A DNA stretch of 64,000 bases from Mobula hypostoma (lineage: Eukaryota): assembly GCF_963921235.1 (NCBI RefSeq), contig NC_086107.1, positions 97,218,001-97,282,000 on the forward strand, in the 5' to 3' direction. A program made the translations under genes and the position numbers. The notes below the pieces were generated by a model that was given only the letters and a program-made list of their open reading frames with translations, was not told the DNA's origin and ran no database searches. Shown here piece after piece: positions 62,811 through 64,000 of this stretch; positions within the stretch are counted from its first letter, which is position 1, and each line of letters begins with the position of its first letter.

Positions 62811-63596
62811 ATAGAAACATAGAAACATAGAAAATAGGTGCAGGAGTAGGCCATTCGGCCCTTCAAGCCTGCACTGCCATTCAGTATGATCATGGCTGAT
62901 CATCCAACTTTCTCTCCATACCCCCTGATCCCTTTAGCCACAAGGGCCATATCTAACTCCCTCTTAAATATAGCCAATGAACTGGCCTCAACTGTTTCCT
63001 GTGGCAGAGAATTCCACAGATTCACCACTCTCTGTGTGAAGAAGTTTTTCCTCATCTCGGTCCTAAAAGGCTTCCCCTTTATCCTTAAACTGTGACCCCT
63101 CGTTCTGGACTTCCCCAACATTGGGAACAATCTTCCTGCATCTAGCCTGTCCAATCCCTTTAGAATTTTATACGTTTCAATAAGATCCCCCCCCACCAAT
63201 CTTCTAAATTCCAGCGAGTATAAGCCTAATCGATCCAGTCTTTCATCATGTGAAAGTCCTGCCACCCCAGGAATCAATCTGGTGAACCTTCTTTGTACTC
63301 CCTCTATGGCAAGAATGTCTTTCCTCAGATTAGGGTACCAAAACTGCACACAATACTCCAGGTGTGGTCTCACCAAGGCCTTGTACAACTGCAGTAGTAC
63401 CTCCCTGCTCCTGTACTCGAATCCTCTTGCTATGAGTGCCAACATACCATTCGCTTTTTTCACCACCTGCTGTACCTGCATGCCCACTTTCAATGACTGG
63501 TGTACAATGACACCCAGGTCTCGTTGCACCTCCCCTTTTCCTAATTGGCCACTATTCAGATAATAATCTGTTTTCCTGTTTTTACCACCAAAGTGG
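62811..63596 (-). mobile_element. Young CR1 3' fragment
   Basis: HFGGKN...LVRPHLEYCVQFW...FFTQRVVNLWNSLP; (TTTCTATG)n tail. Confidence 0.94.
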
Positions 63597-64000
63597 TTGG
63601 CAGACCACAGTACGTGTGCTTGCAACACTGTGTGTCCGACACAGTGATCAGCAGCACTGGGGCTCCACAGGGGACTGTCTTGTCTCCCTTTCTCTTCACT
63701 ATTTACACCTCGGACTTCAACTACTGCACAGAGTCTTGTCATCTTCAGAAGTTTTCGGATGACTCTGCCATAGTTGGATGCATCAGCAAGGGAGATGAGG
63801 CTGAGTACAGGGCTACGGTAGGAAACTTTGTCACATGGTGTGAGCAGAATTATCTGCAGCTTAATGTGAAAAAGACTAAGGAGCTGGTGGTAGACCTGAG
63901 GAGAGCTAAGGTACCGGTGACCCCTGTTTCCATCCAGGGGGTCAGTGTGGACATGGTGGAGGATTACAAATACCTGGGGATACGAATTGACAATAAACTG
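63597..64000 (+). mobile_element. Rex1 LINE reverse transcriptase, open frame running off the right edge
   Basis: Manual translation from 63602: RPQYV...TGAPQGTVLSPFLFTIYTSD...LQKFSDDSAIVG...LQLNVKKTKELVVD...YKYLG, no stops. Confidence 0.92.

Noticed and set aside
62900..63742. 280-aa ORF as a gene
   Set aside because: Antisense Rex1 fused to a CR1 ORF2 fragment
36170..64000. Second coding exon of the shisa gene
   Set aside because: No unique segment gave a recognisable continuation by eye; it may lie beyond the window or have been missed

Overview
Eukaryotic, repeat-dense vertebrate DNA; there are no bacterial-type genes, rRNA, CRISPR arrays or operons. The repeat content (V-domain SINEs, CR1, Rex1/Babar, Penelope and RTE derivatives) suggests a cartilaginous fish, probably a ray (inference). 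One host coding exon is recognisable: the first coding exon of a Shisa8/Shisa9 (CKAMP-type AMPA-receptor auxiliary subunit) gene on + (ATG 35619, splice donor after 36166). It probably has an upstream leader exon ending at 30313, which could create a spliced uORF. I could not find later exons in the window. Most other ORFs in the track are retrotransposon fragments or noise. The most interesting signals are: (i) minimal type I hammerhead ribozyme motifs in Penelope pseudo-LTRs; (ii) a tRNA-head SINE family with one shared core and three different 3' tails; (iii) several distinct RTE-derived bipartite elements, most with target-site duplications (TSDs); (iv) an internally deleted hAT transposon with both TIRs and an 8-bp TSD; (v) an uninterrupted Rex1 RT frame at the right edge; (vi) a local triplication that preserves a CR1 empty site. 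Boundaries are approximate unless a TSD, TIR or splice site is cited. No database searches were run, so family names come from recalled motifs.
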